Shown: positions 1-11,880 of the stretch, one piece after another
How the letters are laid out: every line of letters begins with the position of its first letter
How positions within the stretch are numbered: position 1 is the first letter of the stretch
Origin: Camelus dromedarius
Lineage: Eukaryota
DNA length: 64,000 nt
Assembly: GCF_036321535.1 (NCBI RefSeq)
Contig: NC_087436.1
Coordinates: 8,308,001-8,372,000 of the forward strand
Direction: 5' to 3'
Program-made: the position numbers and the translations under genes
Notes under the pieces: generated by a model
What the model saw: the letters and a program-made list of their open reading frames with translations, nothing else
Databases searched by the model: none
What the model was told of the DNA's origin: nothing

Positions 1-562
1 GGAGGGGAACAGTAACCAATGAGGGAGCTTCAGGAAAGTCAGCTTGAATGGTTCTTCCCCATTTATCCTATGGAATAAAAGCCTTACTTTTATTGAAGGA
101 AGGTAACAAACCCGGTGGTCCTTAGGGCTCTGTGCAGCTGGGGCAAAGAGCTGTCTAAAATATCAAACATTGAACTTGTAGGAGAGAGGCAGGGATGTGC
201 ACTACAGCTAGAAATACCATCTGAGAGGGCCAAGACGGCTAGGGGACCACCATCCATAAGACCAGGGACTCCATGCCTGCCTATGATGTAACTTGCTCAG
301 AAAAACAGAGAATTCCTCCACCACTGCCCTCCATCAAAAAACACTGAATAACAAGGAAGGGTAGAACATTGCTGCGAAAGGGACAGGAGGAGGACAAGGA
401 TGTGGGGTGGGACCTTTTCGGTGGCACCACAGGAACAGGAAAACCTAAGCTGAGGATATCAGAGCCAATATGCAAGAAGAAATGTGACAGGACTCAGGGA
501 ATGGGACTCATGGAAAGTAATATCATGTATAGTAAAATAAGTAGAAACTGAGTATATACCCA

Positions 563-581
563 ACACACACACACACACACA
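563..581. repeat. (CA)n microsatellite
   Basis: Direct: acacacacacacacacaca. Confidence 0.9.
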
Positions 582-976
582 GAGGTGGTCCATACCTATA
601 GGTATAGGTAGAAAAATTAACAGACTTTTTTTTTTCTTTAACCTGGGGAAAAATATTTGGGTAATTGGGATATCTTATGTATTCAGAGGCTAATTTTCTT
701 TATGACCCTGACTTCTATCAGAACAGCTCTGGTTACTTACTGAGTAGATAAGCATGTGAAAAATGTTCCCTTGTACTTTCAAAGACCGAAGTTTTGAGCA
801 ACTGTAGTGAAGACAGAGCATCAGTCCACACGGCATGCAGTGTTTAATCAGGTTATAAGCCATCCCCACTGACTGCAGCCTGGTTTGAGTTAAAGGCAAG
901 ACTTGGCCACGTTCATCTCCCAGGTTGGCAGCTCCACTGACTCTCTGACTGCCGTGTTGTGAAGTCCCTTGTGCTG

Positions 977-1509
977 TGCTAGAGAAGAACAAATCTGACT
1001 CCACATTAGATCTGTTCCTCTGGCTCTCACCCTGGGCTCTGTTTCCTGGGCTCAGTCACGCTGGTTCTGCACCTTTTGTAAAAGAATGTTGCCTGGAGCC
1101 TGAAATAGACAGGACAACCCATCCTCAAGGCTCTGACCTTTAAGGATATTAACACTTTTCCATTCATATAAAGATAATAAACTGCAGAATAGAAAGTAAC
1201 ACTTGTTTCCTTGGTGGTTTACAGGGACATCATGACCTGACCCACGTGAACTGTTACAAGAACAAAGGATTTCAAGAACAAAGGAGTCTGACACCAAGAA
1301 GTCTGCAACAACCAAGCGTACCTTCTCCCCTTTTTAGTATGAAAAGGGCCTGAATTGTGATTCAGGGAACATGGTTCTCTGAGACATTAGTCTGCCATCT
1401 TCTCACTCTGCTGTCTTTCAGAATAAGGTTACTATTCCTTGCCCCAACAACTCATCTCAGTGTACTGGCCTGTCCTGCAGTGAGCAGTATGAGCTTGGAC
1501 TTGGTAATA
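977..1509 (+). mobile_element. ERV1-class solo LTR (artiodactyl type)
   Basis: Starts TGCTAGAGAAGAACAAATCTGACTCCA and ends GGTAATA (degenerate GGTAACA). TATA-like tatgaaaa near 1338 and polyA-like aataag near 1421. No clean TSD. Confidence 0.75.
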
Positions 1510-3345
1510 GAACTCTTATAAATTCAGGCCAGTCTGGTTTCACAGATTTGGACACATAAGTAGCCAAAAGAAAAACTTTTTAGTGGAAAATAAAATATAT
1601 TATTCAACCAAAGACCAAAGATATTAAACATGTTTCAGAAATGCCTAAATGAAATATTTAATTCAGTATCATTGAATGTTAACAGTAATCGTACCATTTG
1701 TCATTTAAAATGTTTTGATCTTGTATAACCATAGTTTTCCTAATGGTCAAATAACACATTTTATTAGACACCTACATGAAAACTATCCAATTTTTGGAAT
1801 TACAGAGTTAAATTTTGTGGTATATTTTAAAATAGTATTTTATATAAAGATAGCTGGCTATAGTTTTTTATTTGACATTATACCATATATAATCAATGAT
1901 GTGCTTTGTAATATTATATACATTTGAAATATTATAGTAGTAACTATCTTTTGAAATGAAGTAAGAGTCTTTATTAATTTAAGAAAATGTCCCTTTTTTA
2001 TGACTATCAATATCAACATTTCAAAACTAAAATTTAAATATACTTGATGTCCAAGATTTTTCATGATTATTAATCTCTTTTTCAGCATGCCTGATAACAT
2101 AAACATTTAAATAGCTGAACAATTAATAGGAATACATGCCTCTGAACTTTATAGGGATTTTTCCTACCAATAACGAAGCATATACAACACAAGGAAAAAC
2201 TTCTTCCTGCCCCTTTTTCTTTCAGTTGAAACGGGAAATTGTTGAAAGTAAAAGAGGTCCCGTTTGAAATCCATTATCCCCATTTTATATGAAAACAGTT
2301 CTCCAGATCACGATTTAATAAACGAATGAATGGATTTGACATTATGCTCAGAAATTGTCAGATGCTACCTACTCCCTGGGGAAGAGCAGAGGTGGTGTTT
2401 CTGGCAGGAAAGACAATGCAAACCTGTGTTCACACCACAGCACTTTTCAGGCTGAAAGCTGGTGGGTCCAAGACAGTAACCAGATGGGGACCCTGGAGCC
2501 ACGGGCTTAGTCCAGAACTGTCTTGGCCCACCCGGACCTACGGTCCCTCTCGTTAATACCCGCTCTTCCATCTCAGATACTGAGAACTCTGTTCTGCCTT
2601 CATCACAGACTTTAGATGCTCACCTGGTCGTTAGGAAGCAGAGATAACGAATATAGCTGCAGATGGAGCACGGAGAATGGTAGTGAGTTTTTAATGAAAG
2701 TTATAAAAGAATTGACAGAAAAGAGGGAGAAAAGACTCTGAATAGGCTTTCTTTATAGACTTTACTTCCCTGGCATCTGAGATGAAAAATCTGAGCAAGG
2801 GAATCGGGCACTAGCAGTTTACCTTACTGTACCGGAGCTTGTGAAGATTGATGGCGTTTTATTCCTCCTGTACAGCGCATCAGATACATGAAAAGGGTAC
2901 ACGAGCCTGCCTCAGTGCGCTAAGTTTATGTCTGATTTATAGGCCGCGTAGGGCTCTCCATCAAAATAGCAGAAAAAGGTTTTAGTGTTGCTGAGAATGG
3001 CATTCTGACTTTTGTCTCAGTGTGAATTGTGATTTAAAGTGTATCGCCTCCTTGATGGGGAAATGAAACCCCTCCCCACTGCCTAGTTTACAGCTTATTT
3101 CAAAATAGGCCCTCTGTTTGGTTTGTGGCAGGTATGATTTCTTCAGTTTTGACAGATTTATTTTGATTCTGACAATAGCATCACCAAATAATGGCTCCGT
3201 TTTCTAAAAGGGAAGGTACTTCCTTTCGCCTTTGAAGACTTAACAGCTTATCAAGGGGATGATGTTGCAACTACTAAAGTGTCCACTGCGGGATGGAGGT
3301 GGCCGCGCCTAACTCAGACTGCCCTTAACGCTTGAAGAAGCTTAA

Positions 3346-3477
3346 GGGGGAGGGTATAGCTCAAGTGATAGAGCGCATGCTTACCATGTAGGAGGTCCTG
3401 GGTTCAATCCCCGGTACTTCCTTTAAAAATAAATAAACCTAATTACCTCCCTGCCCCAGCCCCAAACAACAACACCA
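3346..3477 (+). mobile_element. Camelid tRNA(Ala)-derived SINE (vic-1-like)
   Basis: GGGGGAGGGTATAGCTCAAGTGATAGAGCG (A box), GGTTCAATCCC (B box), AT-rich linker, CCTAATTACCTCCC. Imperfect TSD cttgaagaagctt / cttgaaaaacctt. Confidence 0.92.
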
Positions 3478-3689
3478 CTTGAAAAACCTTGCAAATGTGA
3501 AAATATACAAAAATGACAGCCTGTCTAATTTTAGGTTAAAAAAAGAAAATTGACACAAAATTAAATAAGAATCTCTCAGTGTTTTCATTAATTTAACATG
3601 AAACTATGCTCTATATAGTGTTTGGAATAAATGCTTCTTCTGATTGACCAGTGTCAAATCTCCTTTCTAAATAAATGTATAAATATACT

Positions 3690-3754
3690 TGAAGAAAGAA
3701 AAATAAGAAAGAATGAAAGGAAGTAAGGAAGAAAGAAAGGGAAGAAAGAAATGA

Positions 3755-3830
<76 letters not shown>

Positions 3831-3832
3831 AA
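3690..3832. repeat. (GAAA)n microsatellite / purine tract
   Basis: Long perfect GAAA run preceded by degenerate GA-rich units. Confidence 0.95.
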
Positions 3833-4149
3833 ACCTTAAAGAAGACTTAAAAACCTTAAAGGAATTTTATATAATCTCATTATCTTAAATTTTTAAAACA
3901 TAATTTTCATTGAAATATATTCATGAAAGACTCTCCATATATTTTGAGCAATATCACACAGGTCTGGCAGCTGGAAAGAGACAGTGGTTAAAGGATATTC
4001 GCTTTGACACAAAATCGCAATATTCACACAGATACTGTAGTAAATAGAAAATTTACAGAATATACAATGATTTCAACTTTCTTCTAAATAAATATCAAAT
4101 AGTATGTTTTATTTGCTATAGAATCCATTATCTGGCAGGGAAACCATTT

Positions 4150-5975
4150 ATTCAAGGTAAAAAATAGGTATAAATGAAAGGTTTATCATTTAATGAACAT
4201 ATACCTAACTATTTCAAATATCTAAAAAAAAAAATGACAGTTTTTAAAAATTAAAGTACTATAGTATCAAAACCATAAAGCACCTAGGCATAAATGCATT
4301 CAAGTATGTGTGATATCTCTAACCGAAAATAACAAAACATTGATATGTAAATTAAAGAAGACCTAAATACATGGAAAGCTATTCCTTGTTTAGGAATTAG
4401 GGTGATAATATTTGCTGATCTAAACTTCCCAAATTGGTATATAGATTCAATGCAATCTCATAAATATTCGAGAAGACCTTTTTGTAAAAATTGGTAAGCT
4501 TGTCTTAAAAATAATGTGAAAATATTAAGAACCTAGGGTCTCTAGAAGAAAATCTTGAAGAATCACAAAGTTGGAGTAGTGTACAACTATAATTCAAGAT
4601 TTACTATGAAGCCACAATATGTATGTTACTAGGGCAAGAATAAGCAAATAGAGAATTTAATAGAATACAAAATGCAGAAATAGGCCCAAAAATAAATTTT
4701 GGAAAAGAAAAGACAATTTGTTTAGTAATTACATTGAGTCAATCTGTAGAGAGAACAAATAAATCTTAACCTCCACCTAATATTAATATAGAAATTAATT
4801 TGTGATGAATTAATTAAATAAATATGAAATAAAATACATAAAGCTTTACATGAAAAATAAGACAAAATAATGACATTAAGGTGGTGATATATATATATAC
4901 ACATATATATACATAAAAACACAAAAAACACTAATCATTTAAGGGAAAGTTTGATAAATTAGCCTTCATTAATATTAAAAAATCTTTACTTCAACAGAGA
5001 CAATTAAGAAAATAAAAAGGGTAATAACAGATAAAATAAACATTTTCATGCAACATGCATCAAACAAATGAATCATCCAGTTATTTTAAAGAACTCCTAC
5101 ATGTCAATAAGGAAGAGACAAACAATTAAATTCAAAAATTAGGTAAAGGATTTGAACTTGCATTTCACGAAAGAGGATAACCACACAGCTAATAAGCATG
5201 TGAAAAGGTACTTAATATACTTACCAGGAAAATATAGAAAGGCTAAAATTAAAAATATGAATAACTCATAACAATCATTCATTGCAGGTTGCAACGCCAA
5301 TTGGTGTAACATCTATGGAAAACTCTTTGATAATATCTACTAAGTGTAAATTTATATTCAATCTATGACAAAGACAATTCTACTCCTGCATAAAAAGTAA
5401 CAAAAGCAACAAGTGCCCATGTGCACCAAAAAGACATATACAAGAATGTTTGTAACATTATTCATAATAGCAGAAAGTTTGTCAACAGGCAAATAGACTG
5501 ATGACTTATGGCACATTTATATAAGATAATATTACAAAATAAGAAAACAGGGAGCAGTCCTTCAGACTTATCTGAGGGGCTGTTGCCAAATGAAACATAA
5601 TTGTCAAAAAAGAAACAAAAAAAGAAAAAGGAAAGAGAAAAGAAGAATACACTAATACACAGAGCAACATGAATGAATTTTAGAGATAGTATATTGTGAT
5701 AAAATCAAAACAGCATATTCCATAAATTTAAAGTTCCATCACAGGAAAACTTAGGGAAAGATATAGAAATAGGTATAGAAATCAGATTATTGATTACACT
5801 AATAATAGGGTCTGATTGCTTCGAAAGTGATACAAAGGAACTTTTGGCTCTTCTAGAAACCATATATTTTCATCTGAGTTCTGTTTATATAGATGGATAT
5901 TGTTGAAAAATAAAATACATCTGTGTATTAAAGATTAGTGAACCTTAAGTACTTCATGAATGTTATACTTCAAGC
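4150..5975 (+). mobile_element. Old L1 (L1M-type) ORF2 3' part and 3' UTR, degraded
   Basis: L1 ORF2-like segments such as aaattaaagaagacctaaatacatggaaag, atagattcaatgcaatctc and ttattcataatagcag. Many stops. Confidence 0.85.
5550..5642 (+). mobile_element. Short polyadenylated ERV1-LTR-derived insertion inside an L1
   Basis: ggagcagtccttcagacttatctgaggggctgtt resembles an LTR U3/R end, followed by an A-rich tail. Flanked by aagaaaaca (5541-5549) / aagaataca (5643-5651). Confidence 0.55.
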
Positions 5976-6029
5976 GGAATACAGATAAATGTGGAATACA
6001 GATAGAGGAATGATTAAAAGAGAGTTAAG

Positions 6030-8260
6030 AGCCTTCATTAAATATATTAAAAAGAAAAAAGGCTGAAAGTCACTGACCTACACGTCAACCCCAAGACCGT
6101 CACATTAATGAATACAGAGTAGAAAGGAGAACTTTAATTTTTAAAATTGAAGTAAATTAAAGTATATAAAATAAATATATAAAGAAAATTAAATTAACAT
6201 TGTTAAAAATAAAACAGTAAAGAATTGGGAAGATTGATCAGGAATTAAAAAAAAAGGAAGACATAAATATCAAATATAAGTAGTCACAAGGAAGGCATTA
6301 CAACATATCAGAAAAGCACCAGAGATAAGATGCAGATAGTATAAAGAACATCACATGAATAAATTAGAAAATGTAAATAGAATTGATTATTCCTAGTAAA
6401 CAAAACTACTAAAAACAGACATGCAAAAAATATAAATAGTCCTGTAACTTTTAAATGAAATAAATCTTAATGAAAATCCTTTTCATAAAGAAGATTTCAG
6501 GCTCAGTTGGTCGCCTGGTCAGTTCTACCAGACATTTAAAAGAAAATGAATGCCAGTTTTACGACAATTTCAAAGAATAGAAAAAGATGGATTTTTTTCC
6601 CTAGTGTGTTTTATTGGTTCTTACAATCTTACTACCAAATTGTGCAAAGATATTAATAGGAAAGTAAAATCGGAGGCCAAATTCTTCATGAACATAGACG
6701 TCATAACCCTAGACAGAATATGAAAAAGGCAATTCCTTTTAAATAGCAAGAATATATTTATATTGCATCATAAACAAATTAGGTTCATCCATCGCTAAGT
6801 TCTTACAATATGTGAAAATGTATTTATAAAATTATCACATTAACAAAACAAATAGAAGTCATAAACTTTTCCGTATGTGTGGAAAGCCTTTTAATAAACA
6901 GTTGAGAACTCCCTTAATCTCCCTTAATCTTAATAGAGAATTTCTATTTAAAAAAATCCTTCAGCAAACATCATACTTGCTGGTGAATTTTTGAAAGCTT
7001 TCTCTCAGAGATCATAAATGGGACAAAAATTCTCACTAGCAACAGAGCTATCAAACATTGTATTGAGTTTCAGACATTCCCTTAAAGAAAGAAAAAATAA
7101 ATTATATAAATATTAGAAAGAAAAAGAACCACATTACCAGACATTATAACTATGTAAATATCAAATTTAGAATATCTATTAACATTAGAATAATTAGGAA
7201 TTCAGTCAGTTTTCTACATCAATTTTTGAGTATCATCACTTATTAAATGATATTTTAAAAAGTAACATTAAAAAGATACTTAGAAAATAAAGCTACCAAA
7301 GATATTTAAGATCCCTCCATGTGTTGAAAAAATTTCAGGGAATTTTAATCTACCTAAATGAATAAGGAAAAATGCCATGATTATACATTGGAAACTCAAT
7401 GTTGTAAAGATATCAACGCTTGTATAACTAACCTACAGATGCAAAACAGACACAGCTAAACTCTTAATAGTTTTTATTTACTTAATTTTGATTGTGTTGG
7501 ACAAACTGATTTTAAAACACAAAAGGAAAGACAGAGGGCCAGTGTAGCTAAGACATTTTTGCTTGTAAAAGAAAGATTGAAAGATAGGACTAAATTGAAA
7601 TTAAGAACTTTGGTTTTTCAAGAGAAATAGTTAAATGGCAAGGGAAGAAGGAACAGTGAACAATAATTGAAAAAAATACGATGACACATCATTTTGTTTT
7701 GTGTAGGTGCCAGTTTTCTTTAAAATAAAAATACCCAAAAAGCTCAGGGTAAAAGTTAAAAAAAAAAAAAAAAAGAAAAGACAGAAGGAAATAGTTAAGA
7801 GAGAGAAAGTCAAACTACAAGGTGTAAGCTGGAGTAAATATTTGCAACAGCAAAAACAGCCTGAAGCAGTGTCCAGATTATTGACGGAAGATCTACGGAT
7901 CATTAAGAAAAAGACAGGTCATTAGAAACAAAATTCATGGACAAAATTCATGAATAGGAACTTCATTCATGACATCTAAAATCAACAAAAATATGAAAAG
8001 TTGACCAACTTCATTTGGAATCAGGAAATTTCATCTTAAAATTATAATGAAATAACCACTGCCTGCCCATCAGAAGGGTGAAGATTAAACATTCTGAAAA
8101 TAGCAAGGTATGGAGAGGATGCATACTAGGTAAATTTTCCTACACTGGGAATATAAAATGGTATAATTAGGGCAGAAGGTACAGATCAGTGGTAGATCAC
8201 GTGCTTAGCGTGCATGAGGTCCTGGATCCAATCCCCAGTATCGCCGTTTAAATAAATAAA

Positions 8261-8296
<36 letters not shown>

Positions 8297-8490
8297 GCCT
8301 AATTACCTCCCCTCCAAACAGACAAACAAAAAGATATTAACATGGTACAATTGCTTTGAAATTCAGGTTGACATTATATATATTATACATATAATATACA
8401 GGGTATTTATAAATAAAAGATTTGAAGTGACACATACTCTTATTCAGCAATTCCAATTCCAGGATTTTGTCCAAAACAAAACACAACTCT
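6030..8490 (+). mobile_element. Old L1 ORF2 remnant, degraded, interrupted by a SINE
   Basis: L1 ORF2-like segments (ttctaccagacatttaaaagaaaat, gcaaacatcatactt, tattcagcaattccaattccagga). A-rich strand bias. Confidence 0.85.
8169..8338 (+). mobile_element. Camelid vic-1-like SINE with expanded (AAAT)n linker
   Basis: tRNA-like head ...cagtggtaga...gtgcttagcgtgcatgaggtcctgg..., then cctaattacctcccc. TSD aaaatggtataatt (8155-8168) / aacatggtacaatt (8339-8352). Confidence 0.92.
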
Positions 8491-9205
8491 GCCAGCTGTT
8501 TTTCAACATATGTAATTTTACCTTTTTAAAATATATGGTTTGTACTCTGAAGATGAAAGGCACAAGGTCAGATAGGTCTTTAGGTAACCTGTTGTTCTTG
8601 TTTAAAGATTTCACTTTTAATTTTATATTTGGATAATTGACCACAGCTTACTTGTTTTCTTCTGTGAAGTCTCTGATAGTCGAAGTGTTAACATAAACTG
8701 AAGTTTGGATGTTTGCCTGTTTAACTTCCCGTGTTTAATATAGGAGGTGGAAAAGATAATTATATGAGTGTTAATTTTGTTCACACTGGCAAAGGACTGT
8801 TTCATGTATAGAATTTAAAAGTTTCCACTATTGACCTGCCCATCCAAATAGCTGCTTTGTCCTTTTGTTTCCCTTTTAATTTTTCATTTATTAACTGAAT
8901 TCAACAAATATATTTGTTGTAAGCTCAAAAAAGGAAGTTCTTCTCAGAACTCTTGCTTTGTCTAAGAGTCTGCATACAGTGGCAATTTAAACGAAAATAT
9001 TCTGCACGGTATGATTAAAAATTCATTCTTCCTCTGGAAGTAGGAACTCAGCTTATCCATATAAATCTTTTCAGATGTTTGTTGTGGGCTCCAAATTCTC
9101 AAATGAGATTTATGGTAAAATGTTCTTTGCACTTTACAATGTAAAATGCATGTGCATTAGTGGTGATTATGAGATTAAAAGTATCCCATTTTTTTTCCCC
9201 AGCCA

Positions 9206-9365
9206 ATTATAGTTGTATTAAGAAGGCATAAATATCCAGACCACAAATGGTCAGGTCTTTTATGACTTAAAAGCCCATTATCCAAATGCTAGACAATTGT
9301 TATTTGTTATGACAGTTGAACAAGATCGCTTCATGAACAGAATCAGAGCTGCTGGCCACATAGTC
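9206..9365 (+). repeat. Copy A of a 160-bp inverted duplication (partner 21726-21885)
   Basis: Hand alignment to the reverse complement of 21726-21885: 134/160 identical, no gaps. Confidence 0.9.
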
Positions 9366-9709
9366 ACGTGGGTGTAGGCAGCAGCTCCAAGCAGGACAGC
9401 GGGGCTAAGACAGTAGATCCCATGGGGACAGGAGCTGCCTTGTCACATGATTTGAAGTGCTTCTCTTGGATGGGAGGGTGGGGGAGGGGACTAGGGGTAT
9501 CTTAACCAGTAAAGGTAGGTACCACTTTGCAGAGCGACAAACAACCTTGCCGATACTTGTGACTAGCGAACAAGGTGCTAGAGAGGATTAAATGCTTGCG
9601 GGAGCCTTTCCTTAATGATTAAAAAAAAAAAAAAAAGACAAAAAAAATTGTATTGTAAGACATGTGGTCCCATGACGTCCTGTTCACAACCACGGAATCC
9701 AGAATTATC

Positions 9710-9870
9710 CAGACCGGGGCTGGAAATTCACCTCTGCTTTTTATCAACTGTGAACTGGGTCAAGCACCTAATCTCTGTCTTGTTTTATTTTTCGTTAAAA
9801 TGAGAAACATCTTCCTTCTCTAGTGTGATTGTTCTGAGGATTGGAAAACAAGGTGAATTAAGTAAAATGA
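9710..9870 (+). mobile_element. MIR SINE fragment
   Basis: actgtgaactgggtcaagcacctaatctctg...aaaatgag...gattgttctgaggatt resembles the MIR core. Confidence 0.6.
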
Positions 9871-10139
9871 GCCTGCGAAAGAATTTACGTATTTAGATTT
9901 ATCTATTCATTTATTTGTTCAGTGATCATGATGTCAGTTTAAAGAAGTAAAACCTATAGAAAGAAAATGTTTATTCATTCCATCCAGAGGGTTATGGGCA
10001 TTTATTGTTATCTGCTTAATGATAATGAATAGCATTAATTTTAGTTCACCTTCAGTAAAACCTGATTATTTCATTTTGCTCACCCACGTTTCTCAGCAAT
10101 AATTCACACTGTTTTTTTGTTTTGTGTTCGACCTAAATC

Positions 10140-10570
10140 AGTAATATTGCAAATGCCAGTCACATACACTAGAAATTCAGAGACAACTTCAAGTGCTTCA
10201 ATACCTAGAAACAATCCATTTCTACTAACTTCTGAAATTCCCACCCAATATGGTTTTTCTCTGACTACTTTTTCATCTTTACATTTCCCACTGTTATCCA
10301 GGACATCCTGTCTTCTCTGCAATTGTCGCCTAGTTGATAATGCACCATTTTTCTCTTCCCTTCCACTTTCTTTCTGTTGTTATGAATAAATGGCCCAGAT
10401 GTCTATCAAAGCCAGTGTCTACACTCATATTTTAGGTTCCTTTCCCTCCCTCCCCTGCAAGGAACAATTCTATCAGTTTCATAGTCTTTCTCCAGCAGAG
10501 TTCTATTTTTTTCTCTAATAAATAATTCAGGCTAACTATAAATATACTAGAATTTCTCCATCTTAAATAT
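10140..10570 (+). mobile_element. L2 LINE fragment
   Basis: CT-rich L2 ORF2-like segment (ctatcaaagccagtgtctacactcatattttaggttcctttccctccc ... tctccatcttaaa). Confidence 0.5.
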
Positions 10571-10770
10571 ATGTATAAATATCTCTACACATATGCTTGC
10601 ATAAACACATGGATAAATAGATGTATATCAAGCTAAGTATGTATCTATACATGTGATATATCTAGATTTATCTAGATAAAACGAATACACACATATCTAG
10701 ATATATCTACATAAAATCTATCTATCTATCTATTGACCTACCTGCCTACCTACTTACCTATTTTTCTATC
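10565..10770. repeat. Degenerate (TA)/(TCTA)/(CCTA) low-complexity tract
   Basis: Repeated tatcta/atctag/ccta units. Confidence 0.7.
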
Positions 10771-10784
10771 ATTTTGCCTGTATC

Positions 10785-11880
10785 TGTCAGCATAGGCAAG
10801 GTATTATCTGGTATAAAGAAATGCCAAGATTTCAATGAGTGGCTTGAAACAATAAAAACTCTTTTTTGCACACATTGTGTGTCTGCTATCAGTTGGAAGG
10901 GGTCTGTGCTCACTGAATTTCTTTAGGATGATAAAGCAACCTTGAATGTTGCTGGTTTCTGTACCGGAGCAACATAAATCTCTGAAGGATCTCAAACCAA
11001 TTAAATGTTCTGGCTCAGAAGTAATATTTACACCTCAACGCACATATCATACCTTGGGTACCACTCGAGGTTAAAGAAGACAGGAAGTTCATCCATGTGC
11101 CCAGAAGGCAGAGTTGAAAATATCTGATGAATGCATTATTTCCACTGACAATTTACCTTTTTTTTTTTCCCCAGATACCTTCCCTGTTGGAGGTTTTTTT
11201 ATTTTATTTTTTTTTAATTGCAGTATAGTTGAGACAATCTACCTTCCATCAATACTCAGTTCTCCCCATAGGCAAAATATACCCACCCCATCCCCAAAGG
11301 AAACAACCTCCAAAGCTCAGGGCAGTGACAGTATCATGGCAACCAATTTAAAGTTCAGGAACAGTGAGGGGTGCTCAGTTATGTCCTCATCAGACCCAGA
11401 TGGTGCCCTTTGATCTAGAAACTTATGAAATAAAAATATAAGCTTGCCTTCACCTGTATTCAACTGCAGTAGATGAAACAGGAATAATACGATCACAATA
11501 ATTGCCTTTATTCAGGTAAGTGAAGAAGAGAAAATGAAGCATTTGGTCTACAGCAATTCTGAGATCTTTTGGGCAGATGATTAAGTGAGACTGGACGCCT
11601 CCCGATGGGAGCAGATCCTTTCTTTGGTCCCCGAAGACCCTGACTCTGCCCTCCTGCAAATGATTCCTTTTTGATTTTCTCCTTGCTCTACCTGGGGGGA
11701 CTTTGTGAAATGTGTGTTTTCTGGGATCTGAGAGACGTTTATTAGCCCTCAGCATGGACACAGGAATCTGGGGGCACAAGTTTTGTTTTGGGTCTTGAAT
11801 AGTTTTCTTACAGGTGGAAAATGTAGTCCTCTCAAAAACAGAATGAGCTTTTTCTCTGTTTAATTCAGGTTGCTTCCAGG
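10785..11880 (-). mobile_element. MaLR (MLT1J/K-like) LTR (~10785-11150) plus internal sequence
   Basis: tgtcagcatagg...agtggcttgaaacaataaaaact MLT1 terminus on the minus strand, followed by MLT1-int-like sequence (cccacccatccccaaaggaaacaacc...). Confidence 0.65.
11160..11232 (-). mobile_element. Very short L1 3' stub with double A-tail
   Basis: Minus strand: aactatactgcaatt + A-rich tail + 25 nt + second A-tail. TSD gacaatttacctt (11147-11159) / gacaatctacctt (11233-11245). Confidence 0.75.

Noticed and set aside
3346..3421. tRNA-like sequence with A and B boxes (also in the other five SINE copies)
   Set aside because: Mutated stems and anticodon, SINE tail and TSDs: these are SINE heads, not tRNA genes
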